Notes: generated from the letters alone by a model not told the origin. A stretch of 64,000 nucleotides of DNA from an uncultured Methylomirabilota bacterium (GCA_963705305.1 OY970067.1:3936001-4000000); one strand, 5' to 3'; counted from the first letter of the stretch, positions 28,226 to 38,487 are shown. Made by a program: numbers and translations.

Positions 28226-28635
28226 ACCGCCAAGACGCCAAGGCCTTCAAGGTCGAGCCAAGCAAGGATGTGGACGAACTAGCTCGATCGGTGATCGGGG
28301 CAGCAATCGAGGTGCATCGGCACCTTGGGCCGGGGTTTCTCGAAGGCGTATACGAGGAAGCGCTCGTAGTTGAACTGAGTCTCCGCTCGATCCCCTTCGA
28401 AAGACAGTTGCCCGTCCCGGTTCACTACAAGACGCACCGTGTGGGGAAAGGGCGTGTCGACCTGCTGGTGGGAGGTGAGCTTCTGGTGGAGTTGAAGGCA
28501 GTCGATGCGCTTGCTCCGATCCATAAAGCGCAGGTGATTTCGTATCTTAAGGCTATGGGATTGCATCTTGGTCTGCTCATCAACTTCAACGCATCCGTCC
28601 TCAAAGATGGAATACAACGAATTGTCCTTTCCTGA
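28222..28635 (+). CDS. GxxExxY protein (PD-(D/E)XK-like)
   Basis: IGAAIEVHRHLGPGFLEGVYE, RVDLLV, VELKAV, AQVISYLK, GLLINF. Confidence 0.93.
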   Translation: MNRQDAKAFKVEPSKDVDELARSVIGAAIEVHRHLGPGFLEGVYEEALVVELSLRSIPFERQLPVPVHYKTHRVGKGRVDLLVGGELLVELKAVDALAPIHKAQVISYLKAMGLHLGLLINFNASVLKDGIQRIVLS

Positions 28636-28669
28636 TCTAGCCCATGGAATCCTTGGCGCCTTGGCGGTT
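28225..28669. mobile_element. GxxExxY cassette bounded by 19-bp inverted repeats
   Basis: AACCGCCAAGACGCCAAGG (28225-28243) and CCTTGGCGCCTTGGCGGTT (28651-28669), 18/19 inverted match; mobility is inferred. Confidence 0.6.
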
Positions 28670-28684
28670 GTTCGTAAGTATTCC

Positions 28685-28713
28685 TTGACTCTCCATGGGA
28701 GTTTTCGTAGTAT
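28685..28713 (+). promoter_or_regulatory. Putative sigma-70 promoter of tRNA-fMet
   Basis: TTGACT-17 bp-TAGTAT. Confidence 0.7.
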
Positions 28714-28718
28714 ACCTC

Positions 28719-28795
<77 letters not shown>

Positions 28796-28804
28796 AATAA
28801 AATC

Positions 28805-28839
28805 AATGGGTTACGCGAATTTCGCGGAACCCATTTTTT
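28805..28839 (+). terminator. Rho-independent terminator-like hairpin after tRNA-fMet
   Basis: AATGGGTT-acgcgaatttcgcgg-AACCCATT followed by a T run. Confidence 0.7.
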
Positions 28840-29644
28840 GTTGGAAAATGCCCAGCCGGCCCATGTTCCGTTTCTTCCTGCTTGTGAATTTCTGAGTCGG
28901 GGTCGCGAAACAGTACTGCCATAGCCCGTAGGCAATTAACGGGTACCGTCAGCGCCGATCGCCACGGCACCATAGGCTCGCCCAGCTGCCCACCTCACGT
29001 CTTACGAATTGCGGGGGCAACACCCGCCATCCTTGAAGAAAAAGTTGAGGGCGGTTCTTTTTCCTGCAAACCCAGGCCCCATATCCTTCACCCACAGTCT
29101 CCTTACAAGGCTGCTTTAGCTCTTACCCAAACATCTCCCTGAGCTCCTGCCATAGTTTTTCAGGATCATCACATAGGTCGATCAAGCTAACTCCAAGACT
29201 ATGCGGGGACCTTCCGCGACGACGGCCGAAGGCCGTGTGCTACAAGGGCTTAGTTTTCAGCGGTCATGCCGATCTCGGCATGACTGATGAAGCCTGGTCA
29301 CTTTCAACGTGGCGCTTCCAGCCTTGCGGCTACCGGGTGGAGGCTGTCCCGCTGCTCGGCCGGAAAAGCGCCAAGAAGGGCCTCACCGTGGAGGAAGGGG
29401 AAGCGGTGTGCAGCCGAGGAGACTGCCCGATTCTCTCGCCCACGATCGCTCCATCCACCGGACATCCACCGGACAGCTATTGACAGGCGCGCACGAAACC
29501 GATAGGTTCAACCAGTACCTCGTCTCCTGTGAGCGGACCCCCGGAAGAGGTGTCGCCAAAACTTATAAACACAGCAACGTATGACCCCGAAAACAGTGTC
29601 TGAGTTCTGTAGTTTGCGTGATCGAGAGGAGGAGGGGCTACCCC

Positions 29645-32110
29645 ATGCCGAGCCTACTTCGCCTTCTGATCCTCGAAGACAGTCCGACTGACGCCGGGGT
29701 GATGGTACGCCACCTCCGGGAAGCCGGCTACGCCCCCGACTGGCAACGGGTGGAAACTGAGGCGGAGTTTCTCGCCCACCTCGAACCCAACCTCGACCTT
29801 CTCCTCATCGACTACACCCTGCCGGACTTGAAGGGCCGTCGGGCGCTAGAGATCCTGCGCGATCGAGGCTGGGAGATTCCGTCTATCATCGTCACCGACA
29901 CCGTCAGTGACGAGAGCGCGCTCGAATTCTTGCAGCTCGGGGCGGTTGACTACCTTCTCAAGGATCGCCTGACCCGTCTCGGCGCAGCCGTCCGACGTGC
30001 CCTCGCCCAGCGGACCACGCAGCGCGAGAGGGTAGCGGCCGAAGCAGCCTGGCAAGCGAGCGAGGCCCGCCTGCGCTTCCTCGCCGATGTGGTGGAGAAA
30101 AGCTCGCAGCCGTTCGAGGTCGGCTACCCGGATGGGCGCGTGGGGATCTGTAACGCCGCGCTATGCACGCTACTCGGATACAGCCAAGCCGAATTGCGGG
30201 CGCTGGACTGGTCGCGCGATCTGACTCCGCGCGAATGGCGAGTATCCGAAACAGAGCGGCTGGCCGAATTACGACGCACGGGGCAACCGGTGCGCTACGA
30301 GAAGGAGTGCCTCCGAAAGGATGGCTCGCGCATCCCGGTGGAAGTTCTGGTGCATCTCGCCCGCGATGCCGCCGACAGCCCACCCTATTACTACGTGTTT
30401 CTCACCGACCTCACCGAACGCAAGCGGGCAGAGCAAGCCACGGCCGAGCGCACACGCCAACTCGAAGCGGTCCACGCCAGCACAACGCAGATCACCCAGG
30501 AGTTAGGCCTCTCCACTCTTTTGCATCTCATCATCTACCACGCGACGGAGTTGACGCGCGCCGTTTCGGGGGTGGTCTACCTCTGGGACGGAGCGGCGCA
30601 AAGCCTTTCGCCACGGGCCTGGCGCGGCTATGGGGACTGGGTGGGGAGCGTGCATCTCGCACTTGGCCAAGGTCTTACCGGGGTCGTCGCAGAACGCCGC
30701 CAGGGGATGATCATCAATGATTACCAGACCTCGCCGTATGCACACCCGCTCTTTCTGGCACGGACCGGGATCACCGCCGCTGTTGCAGAACCCCTCCTAT
30801 TCAAGGACAGGCTCATGGGTGTTATCGTGGTCAGCGGTGAGGGGACTGGCCGACGCTTTACGGAGCAGGATCGCAGCATCCTCGCGCTCTTCGCCGCCGC
30901 TGCGGCCATCGCTATCGAGAATGCGTGGCTGTTCGCCACAGAGCAGGAGCGGTGGATGCAGGTTGAGGCGGTCCGGACCGTCTCTGTGGAGATTACTCGC
31001 GAGCTGGACCTCACCGCCCTGCTCCGGCTCGTGACGCAACGCGCTGTCGAGCTGTTGGCGGCCACCTCGGGAACGCTGTTCCTGTGGCAGAGCGAGGCCC
31101 AGTTGCTCGCCCCGCGGGCCCAGTATGGCCTTGGCGACTGGCCGGCGGATCTGCCCTTGCGGCTCGGTGAGGATGTAGCCGGGGCGGTGGCCGAACGGCG
31201 CGAGGGTTTGATTGTCAACGAGTACCGCACGTCTCCGTACGCGCTTCCGGTTGTCCTGGAGCACAGCGGGGTCACTGCCGTTGTCGCCGAACCATTGGTA
31301 TACTGGGATCGACTCCTGGGAGTCATTGCGCTCAGTGATCGAAGGCCGGGCCGCTCATTTACGGAGGGCGATCGCCGCCGCCTCCGCCTCTTCGCCTATC
31401 CCGCCGCCATCGCGATCGAGAACGCGAGACTCTTTCAATCCCTGAGCGATCAGCGAGCGCTCCTGCGGTCTCTGAGTGGTCGGCTTGTCGAGACGGCCGA
31501 AGGCGAGCGACGGCAGCTGGCGCTGGAGCTCCATGATCAGGTCGGACAGAAGCTGACGGTGCTCGGCCTTAACCTAGGCATCCTGCGGACACATCTGGCC
31601 GACCCTGGAAATGTCACGCTCCTCCCCCGCCTGGATGACTCGATGAAGCTTGTTGAACAGATCGCCGAGCGTATCCAGGACGTCATGGTCGAACTGCGGC
31701 CGCCCGCGTTAGACGAATTCGGCCTCATGGCCGCGCTCCGGTGGTATGGGAAGCAGTTCGCCTCTCGATCCGGGATCGGCACCCAGGTCAGGGGCGAAGA
31801 GCCCTTGCCCCGCCTGAGCCCCTCGGTCGAAATCGCCCTCTTCCGCATCGCCCAGGAGGCCATGACCAACGTCGTCAAACACGCCCAGGCGACCCAGGTG
31901 TCCGTGGTTCTGGAGACGGAGGAGCACCGGGTGCGGCTGAGCATTGCCGACGACGGGGTCGGTATCCGTACAGCGCAGTCACTTGGGGCCAACCGCCAAC
32001 ATTGGGGGCTGCTCGGAATGGAGGAGCGCGCCCAGGCGATCGGGGGTCGGTATCGGATTGAGTCACAGCCGGGCGGGGGCACGCGGATCATCGTGGAAGT
32101 GGCTCGATGA
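29645..32110 (+). CDS. Sensor histidine kinase REC-PAS-GAF-GAF-HisKA_3-HATPase (NarX/UhpB type)
   Basis: LILEDS..D, RKDGS, two AIAIENA GAF ends, ERRQLALELHDQVGQ, QEAMTNVVKHA, DDGVG, GLLGMEERA. Confidence 0.92.
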   Translation: MPSLLRLLILEDSPTDAGVMVRHLREAGYAPDWQRVETEAEFLAHLEPNLDLLLIDYTLPDLKGRRALEILRDRGWEIPSIIVTDTVSDESALEFLQLGAVDYLLKDRLTRLGAAVRRALAQRTTQRERVAAEAAWQASEARLRFLADVVEKSSQPFEVGYPDGRVGICNAALCTLLGYSQAELRALDWSRDLTPREWRVSETERLAELRRTGQPVRYEKECLRKDGSRIPVEVLVHLARDAADSPPYYYVFLTDLTERKRAEQATAERTRQLEAVHASTTQITQELGLSTLLHLIIYHATELTRAVSGVVYLWDGAAQSLSPRAWRGYGDWVGSVHLALGQGLTGVVAERRQGMIINDYQTSPYAHPLFLARTGITAAVAEPLLFKDRLMGVIVVSGEGTGRRFTEQDRSILALFAAAAAIAIENAWLFATEQERWMQVEAVRTVSVEITRELDLTALLRLVTQRAVELLAATSGTLFLWQSEAQLLAPRAQYGLGDWPADLPLRLGEDVAGAVAERREGLIVNEYRTSPYALPVVLEHSGVTAVVAEPLVYWDRLLGVIALSDRRPGRSFTEGDRRRLRLFAYPAAIAIENARLFQSLSDQRALLRSLSGRLVETAEGERRQLALELHDQVGQKLTVLGLNLGILRTHLADPGNVTLLPRLDDSMKLVEQIAERIQDVMVELRPPALDEFGLMAALRWYGKQFASRSGIGTQVRGEEPLPRLSPSVEIALFRIAQEAMTNVVKHAQATQVSVVLETEEHRVRLSIADDGVGIRTAQSLGANRQHWGLLGMEERAQAIGGRYRIESQPGGGTRIIVEVAR

Positions 32111-32760
32111 AGATTCGCGTGTTACTAGCCGATGATCACGCGCTCGTGCGGGACGGATTGCGGGCCTTATTGGAGACCCAGCCGGACCTCATGGTGGTCG
32201 GTGACGCGGCCACGGGGCGCGAGGCCGTGACCGCTGCCGCGGCTCTTCGCCCCGACGTCGTCCTCCTAGATATTGCCATGCCCGATCTCAACGGGATCGA
32301 CGCCGCCCGCCGGATCCGTGAAATATGCCCGTCCGCGCGGGTCGTCATCCTCTCGATGCACTCGACTGCCGAACACGTATTTCAAGCGTTGCAAGCCGGT
32401 GTGCACGGCTACCTGCTGAAACAGTCCGCCGGCGCCGAAGTCATCGATGCCATCCGTGCGGTCCAGGCCGGCCGTCGCTACTTGAGCGAGAAGATCTCGG
32501 AAGCGGTCATCGAGGACTATATCCGCTACCGCGAGGTCGGCGATACGAAGAGCCCACTGGCACACCTCAGCAGCCGCGAACGCGAAATCCTCCAACTCAT
32601 CGTCGAAGGCAAGTCGCGGTCCGAGATCGCCGCCGCTCTATCGCTCTCGGTCAAGACCGTCGATACCTACCGCAGCCGGTTGCTGGATAAGCTGGGGATC
32701 ACCGACATCCCAAGCCTCGTGAAGTTGGCGATGCAGCACGGATTGACTCCGTTGCCCTGA
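32107..32760 (+). CDS. NarL/LuxR-family response regulator
   Basis: LADDHALVRDG, LLDIAMP, LSSREREILQL..EG, LSVKTVDTYR. Confidence 0.95.
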   Translation: MKIRVLLADDHALVRDGLRALLETQPDLMVVGDAATGREAVTAAAALRPDVVLLDIAMPDLNGIDAARRIREICPSARVVILSMHSTAEHVFQALQAGVHGYLLKQSAGAEVIDAIRAVQAGRRYLSEKISEAVIEDYIRYREVGDTKSPLAHLSSREREILQLIVEGKSRSEIAAALSLSVKTVDTYRSRLLDKLGITDIPSLVKLAMQHGLTPLP

Positions 32761-32928
32761 TATCCGGCCAGGGACACCGAACCCCTCACTCAATCGGCTG
32801 GCCTCTCACCCCTCTTTTTCAAACTCTTCCTACACGCGTGTCCGGCGGCTTCCGATAGACGCAGGATGCGGCCGAGCCTATATTCCACCTGGGGCTGTCT
32901 GACCACCACTTCTGCCAAAGGAAGGGTA

Positions 32929-33345
32929 ATGCGCCCAACGATTCTGATCGTGGAGGATCAGGAACCAGTCAGGCGACTGTTAGGAGAATGGCTGGGGAGC
33001 GTGTTCCCGGGCGTCGAGGTGGTAGGGGCATCCAGCGGCGAGGAGGGGGTCGCGTCCGTCCAGACGCGGGCTCCCGGGGTGGTCCTGATGGACATTGGCC
33101 TCCCTGGGATGAGCGGGATCGAAGCCGTCCGGCGGATCAAGGCGGTGGCGCCGCACACGCGGATCGTGATGCTCACGGCGCTGAATGACGAGGTGCATCG
33201 GCGGGAGGCCTTTGCCGCCGGAGCCAGCGCCTACGTGCCGAAGGGGCGGATCCGGACCGAATTGATCCCGGTGATGGCCGGGCTGTTGACTTCCGACTCG
33301 GCACTTGCACCCGACGATAGAAATGGGGCCGACCCTTGCCGGTGA
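32929..33345 (+). CDS. Single-domain response regulator
   Basis: ILIVED, VLMDIGLPGMSG, MLT, YVPK. Confidence 0.88.
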   Translation: MRPTILIVEDQEPVRRLLGEWLGSVFPGVEVVGASSGEEGVASVQTRAPGVVLMDIGLPGMSGIEAVRRIKAVAPHTRIVMLTALNDEVHRREAFAAGASAYVPKGRIRTELIPVMAGLLTSDSALAPDDRNGADPCR

Positions 33346-33580
33346 GTATCGGGAGAGTGTGGCGCGCCAGAAACAGCCGGAATAGGACAGGCCGCAGCAC
33401 CGTGGGAGGGTTCTGCATGGCTTGGAGCCTAACTGTGTTCGATTCTCTGTATCCTTGGCGCGATCGAAGTGATCAGTCGTGAATGGTCGGTTGCCCTTGG
33501 CCGTCTGGACCGACCACCATCGTCTCCCCAGGGAATGGGGAATGAATCCGAGCCGAGCCAAGGGGCTCACGGGTCCCAAG

Positions 33581-34990
33581 ATGACTGAGCCAAGACCAAA
33601 GGTTCTCGTTGTGGATGACGAGCCGAACATTCGTTGGCTTCTGGCAGAGGTCCTCGAGCCTCACGGATTCCAAGTAGTGCCAGCAGAGGCTGGCCGAGTC
33701 GCCCTGGAACACGTCGCGAGAGAGCCTCCTGCCGCCGTGATCCTCGATCTCATGATGCCCGGGATAGACGGGATGCAGACCCTTGCGCGACTGAAGGAGA
33801 TCGCCCCCCGGGTTCCGGTCATCATGCTCACCGCCCACGGGAACGTCCCCTCGGCGGTCGAGGCTATGAAGTGCGGGGCATTTCACTTTGCCACCAAGCC
33901 TTTCCGAAATGACGACTTGCTCCTCCACGTCCAGCGGGCGGTCGAGCACCATCACCTGTTGACCGAAATTGAGGCGCTTCGAGGCCACCGCACGGCGGAA
34001 AGCTTCCTCAAGAAAGTGATGGGGCCGAGTCAAATGGTGGACAAGCTGGCTCAAGAAGTTGACAAGGTGGCGTCGTCGAATCTGTCGGTACTGATCCAAG
34101 GAGAGACCGGAACAGGGAAGGAACTGGTGGCCCGGTGCATCCACCAACTGAGTGCCCAGCGCGAGAAGCGCTTCGTCGCGTTGGATTCCGGTGCTATTCC
34201 TGAGACCCTGATCGATTCGGAGCTGTTCGGACACGAGAAAGGCGCGTTCACCGGGGCACACCGGGCGCACGAGGGGGTCATCCGGTTCGCCGACGGGGGG
34301 ACTCTCTTGCTCGATGAGATCTCCAATCTTTCTCCCTTCACCCAGGCGAAGCTACTGCGGGTCCTGCAGGAGAAGCAGGTGCTCCCCGTAGGTGGCACCC
34401 AGGCGGTCCCGATCAATGTCCGATTCCTCGCCGCCTGCAACGTCTCGCTGGAGAAAGAAATGAAGGCTGGCCGGTTCAGGCAGGACCTCTTTTTCCGGGT
34501 GACGGAATTCCTCATCGAGCTGCCAGCGCTCAGGGGGCGCCGTGAGGATGTTCTGTACTTGGCGAATCGCTTCCTAACTGAAATCAGCCTGGAACTCAAG
34601 AAGCCGTCACGAGGGATCTCGGAGGGGGCGGCCCAGCTCCTCCTCCAATACCCGTGGCCGGGAAATGTTCGGGAGTTGAGGAACACTATCCGCCGAGCTG
34701 CCGTCCTCGGCGCCGGCTTCATACTGCCAGAGCATATTCTGCTCTCGGGTGCCAATGGAGATGAGTCCGCGTTAAGCGAACCGCCACAGCATGAACTCCC
34801 TGGTTTCTCACTGAGGAAGGCAAGGGAGTGCGCTAGCGCCGAAGCCGAACGACGGGTGATCCGCCAGGCTCTCTTGGCGGCTCAGGGGAACAAGAGCGAG
34901 GCAGCCCGACTGCTGAAGACTGATTTCAAGACGCTGCATCTCAAAATGCACCGCTACGGGATCTCGGCGCAGGACTTTAATGGAGCTTAG
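33581..34990 (+). CDS. Sigma-54-dependent NtrC-family response regulator (GvrA-like position)
   Basis: [38 protein letters not shown], Fis-type HTH. Confidence 0.94.
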   Translation: MTEPRPKVLVVDDEPNIRWLLAEVLEPHGFQVVPAEAGRVALEHVAREPPAAVILDLMMPGIDGMQTLARLKEIAPRVPVIMLTAHGNVPSAVEAMKCGAFHFATKPFRNDDLLLHVQRAVEHHHLLTEIEALRGHRTAESFLKKVMGPSQMVDKLAQEVDKVASSNLSVLIQGETGTGKELVARCIHQLSAQREKRFVALDSGAIPETLIDSELFGHEKGAFTGAHRAHEGVIRFADGGTLLLDEISNLSPFTQAKLLRVLQEKQVLPVGGTQAVPINVRFLAACNVSLEKEMKAGRFRQDLFFRVTEFLIELPALRGRREDVLYLANRFLTEISLELKKPSRGISEGAAQLLLQYPWPGNVRELRNTIRRAAVLGAGFILPEHILLSGANGDESALSEPPQHELPGFSLRKARECASAEAERRVIRQALLAAQGNKSEAARLLKTDFKTLHLKMHRYGISAQDFNGA

Positions 34991-35225
34991 CGATTGCTCC
35001 AGGCCGCTCGCTCCAGACACCATTCGCCCATCGGCAGGGCCACGGCCCGGAAGGGGGCCGAGCATCTGCACTATGGTGTTTCCTCCAGAGGGCTGGCATC
35101 CCGCCTAGGGGCTGAGCGGCTATTGTGGATCGACCGTCTCCTCTATCGCCCCCATATCTTGGGCGCAGTCGAAGCAGTGCCGCAAATGGTAGCGCCGTCA
35201 GTCGGTCGTCCCACCTGGGGCGCTT

Positions 35226-35241
35226 CGGCATCAGACTTGCC
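35226..35241 (+). promoter_or_regulatory. Putative sigma-54 (-24/-12) promoter of kinase-gvp operon
   Basis: CGGCATCAGACTTGCC: GG-N10-GC with TTGC, ~50 bp upstream of GTG 35290. Confidence 0.65.
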
Positions 35242-35289
35242 TCTCCTCTTTCGCACAATCTTCCGGTGCGGGTCAGAGCGAGGGAAACA

Positions 35290-36607
35290 GTGCCCACTGT
35301 CGAGCGACGGACAAGCCTTCGGCTGGGAAAGCGCACGGCCCCTGAGAGCCGGAATATCCCGCTGGAGGTGCTGACCCACCTTCCCGCGTCCATTCTGATC
35401 ATTGCCTCGAACCTGGAGATCACGTTTGCCAACCGGAACTTCCTGGTCAAGTCGCGGAAGGAAGAGCACGAGGTCATCGGACGGCAGGTGCGGGAGATCT
35501 TCCCTCCGGTGATTCTCCGCTGGACGCACCTCGAGCGGCGCATTCGGAAGGTCTGCGAAACCGCTCTCCCGTTTGACGGCGGAGAAATGGAGTATCGCGC
35601 GCCGGGCCTTGCCCGTCGCGTTTACTTCTTCAGCTTGACGCCCCTCAATGCGAACGACGGCCAAGTGACGAGCGTCATGCTCTTCATGGATGACGTGACC
35701 GAGAAGAAAAGCCTGGGGGAGCGCATCCGGGAAGTGGAACGGCATCTCGCCAGTGTGGTGGAGAGCGCCCACGACCTCATCATCTCCCTGTATGCGACCG
35801 GCGCCGTCATGACTTGGAACGCCGCCGCCGAGCGGATCCTGGGATTCTCCCCTCCGGAGGTTGTCGGGAGGCCTTTTGCCGACCTCCTCTCCCCGGCAGA
35901 CTCTTCCGCGCTTGCCACCCTCTTCTCCACGCTGAACGGGGAGGCCAGCGTCCCTGAATTCGAGACGGCCACGAAGGCGAAGAACGGACGGGAGCTTTTC
36001 ATCTCCTGGCGCTTCTCGGCCATGCACGACGAGGATGGCCGGGTAGCCGCGCTGGTGGGGGTGGGGCGGGACCTCACGGAGAAGCGCCAGCTGGAGCTCC
36101 GGATGATCCAGTCGGCCAAGATGGCGGCCCTCGGTGAAATGGCCGGCGGCGTCGCGCACGAGATGCGGAACCCGCTCGCCATCGCCTCGTCCGCGGCGCA
36201 AATCCTCCTCAAGCGGGGAGATGATTGCCGCCTTCGGCAGGAGTGTGCCGAGAAGATCCACATGGCGGCGGGCAGGGCTGCGGTCATCATTGAAAACCTG
36301 TTGCGATTTGCGCGACCGTCGGAAGGGGAAGCGGAGCGCGTGGATGTCAACGCTGCGGTAGAGGAAACCCTCTCGTTGATCGGGTACCAGGTCTCGCTTC
36401 AATCCATCGAGGTGGAGAGACGACTTGCCCCCAGGCTCCCGAGGGTGAAAGGCAACAAGAACCAGCTGCAGTGGGAAGGGAACAGGGCTCGGCCTGTCGA
36501 TTGCCTACAGCATTGTCCAGCAACACGGAGGAGCAACCGTGGTGGAGAGCGAGCCAGGGAAAGGCTCGACCTTTACTGTTACTTTACCCGCCATCAGCGG
36601 AGAGTAA
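35290..36607 (+). pseudogene. PAS-PAS histidine kinase with internal deletion/frameshift in HATPase domain
   Basis: Two PAS, H-box AHEMRNPL, then GNKNQLQ jumps at ~36471 to an out-of-frame [29 protein letters not shown] (stop 36605-36607); N, G1 and F boxes absent. Confidence 0.85.
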
Positions 36608-36612
36608 GGGAA

Positions 36613-37041
36613 ATGCTCGAGGTCTTGGTGGTCGATGACGAGGAAGACATCTGCTGGGCCTTGGAGAATGGCTTGGCGGATGAGGGAGTGCACATCACCC
36701 GCGTCCTCCGAGCAGAGGATGCCATCGAAGCTGTCCGGGTGGGGAGATTTGACGCGGCCATCATTGACGTCAAGCTTCCCGGCAAGAGCGGGATCGAGGT
36801 CTCCCGCGTTATCCGGCAACTCGCACCACAACTCTCGATCGTGATGATTTCGGGTTTCCACTACGAGGAGGATCAGCCCATCCAGGAAGGGCTGCGGCGC
36901 GGAGATTTCCAAGGCTTCATGAGCAAGCCCTTTGAGCTCGATGACCTCTCGGCGTTCCTGCGGCAGGTCGTCAAGGAAGCCGGGAGTGGCCCCTCCAGCT
37001 GGCGATCGGCCAGGGGGGGCAACCCGAGAGGAGGTGAGTGA
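36613..37041 (+). CDS. Single-domain response regulator (GvrC-like position)
   Basis: [23 protein letters not shown]; own ATG 5 bp after the kinase's original stop. Confidence 0.88.
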   Translation: MLEVLVVDDEEDICWALENGLADEGVHITRVLRAEDAIEAVRVGRFDAAIIDVKLPGKSGIEVSRVIRQLAPQLSIVMISGFHYEEDQPIQEGLRRGDFQGFMSKPFELDDLSAFLRQVVKEAGSGPSSWRSARGGNPRGGE

Positions 37042-37043
37042 GC

Positions 37044-37259
37044 ATGGCAGTCGAGAAGACCATCGCATCGTCCAGTTTGGTGGAAGTCGTGGATCGGATC
37101 CTGGACAAGGGTGTGGTCATCGATGCCTGGGTGCGGGTGTCCCTGGTGGGCATCGAGCTCCTGGCCATCGAGGCCCGGGCCGTGGTGGCGTCCGTGGAGA
37201 CGTACCTCAAGTACGCTGAGGCCATCGGCCTGACCGCCACCGCCGCCGCGCCTGCGTAA
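37044..37259 (+). CDS. gvpA: Major gas vesicle structural protein GvpA
   Basis: [74 protein letters not shown]. Confidence 0.98.
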   Translation: MAVEKTIASSSLVEVVDRILDKGVVIDAWVRVSLVGIELLAIEARAVVASVETYLKYAEAIGLTATAAAPA

Positions 37260-37387
37260 AGCGGGACCGAGGCGCATGGAGGATCGATGCCGGGGCATCC
37301 TAGAGCGCAAGGCGCAAAGAGCATGTCCCGCCATCCCTCTTCCCTCCCACTTGTGAATGTCATGACAGCACACATGGAGGGTAGACA

Positions 37388-37753
37388 ATGGGATGGGCAA
37401 ATGAGATGGGCGGACTGACCCAGGAGATCGTAGCAGGACATACAGCACGATCAAACGAGCGGAAAGGTCGGCAGGCGAGCGTGGCGCGGTTCCTGTCAGA
37501 GACGGAGACCACTCGCAAGGGAGAATTCGAGAAGCTGCGCGGGCAGATCGTGGCCCAGCGGCAGAAGCGGAACCACCAGGTGGCTGGGATGCGCCAGGAC
37601 GCTGCGGTCCAGCTTGGTCGTTTCCAGCAGGAGGAAGCGCTCGCGCAGTCGCACTGGCTCGGCCTCGGCAAAACCCTGGCCAGAAGGCGTCCGGATAGTG
37701 GCCAGCAAGTGAGCGAACCCAAGACTTCTCGAAAGCGTGTGGCCAGCAACTGA
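37388..37753 (+). CDS. GvpC-like helical protein
   Basis: Position after gvpA; charged amphipathic helix, VARFLSETETTR segment; GGAGG RBS. Confidence 0.55.
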   Translation: MGWANEMGGLTQEIVAGHTARSNERKGRQASVARFLSETETTRKGEFEKLRGQIVAQRQKRNHQVAGMRQDAAVQLGRFQQEEALAQSHWLGLGKTLARRRPDSGQQVSEPKTSRKRVASN

Positions 37754-37791
37754 ATGAAACCGAAACCTCCGGATAGAGGTCACGGGATGTC

Positions 37792-38487
37792 ATGATGACA
37801 ATACCAGCTCAGATGGACCGCCTCACGCACGAGATCATTGCATCCTACGAGGCCCGGGTCGCTTCGGTCGAACAGATCATCGATGCGGCGCACGACATAT
37901 TGGACATCTTCCGGCGTCAGGGGGAGGCGGTGCGGGCAGAACTCCGAGAGAGCCTGGCCAAGGCCGCCTCGCTCAGACGCCGGGATTTCGATACCCTGAT
38001 GCGAGGGGTCTTGGCGCGGCAGGAAGAGCAAGAGGAGGCGGTGAAACGGACGATCCGTGTCTACCTCCAGGAGCAGCGAGTGCGCGCGGCATCGCTCAGG
38101 GAAATCATGGCGGGGCGCAGCGCCCTGCAAGCGGAGAGCCTGACGGACGTTCTGACCACGACGCATGCGCACTGGGCGGCGCGAGAGCGGGAAGTCCGGA
38201 GCCTGTTAGCCGACTTCCAGCATGAGCAGGAGGAGTTGGCGCGTGCCCTGAAAGAGCTCCTCGCACGTCCCGAGACCGCCGGAGTCAAGGCGCTCAAGGC
38301 CACCCTGAGGAGCCTCCAGATCAGATCGAGTACATTCGTGACACGGCTGCGAGACGCCAGTGCACGCGGTGCGGCACCTGAGGAATCCGGCGAGGAAGAT
38401 CAGGGAGGGCCGGAGAAGCAGCGCGCCCGTTCGGAAACCGCGCCCCTTGCATTCGCTATGGCAGCCCTGGGAGAGCTTCATGATTGA
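37792..38487 (+). CDS. Second GvpC-like coiled-coil protein
   Basis: All-helical; N-terminus resembles previous gene (M..LT.EI.A....R); lies between gvpA and gvpN. Confidence 0.5.
   Translation: MMTIPAQMDRLTHEIIASYEARVASVEQIIDAAHDILDIFRRQGEAVRAELRESLAKAASLRRRDFDTLMRGVLARQEEQEEAVKRTIRVYLQEQRVRAASLREIMAGRSALQAESLTDVLTTTHAHWAAREREVRSLLADFQHEQEELARALKELLARPETAGVKALKATLRSLQIRSSTFVTRLRDASARGAAPEESGEEDQGGPEKQRARSETAPLAFAMAALGELHD

Noticed and set aside
35125..37041. 638-aa hybrid kinase as an intact gene
   Set aside because: HATPase core is deleted and the fusion arises from a frameshift; annotated as pseudogene plus receiver
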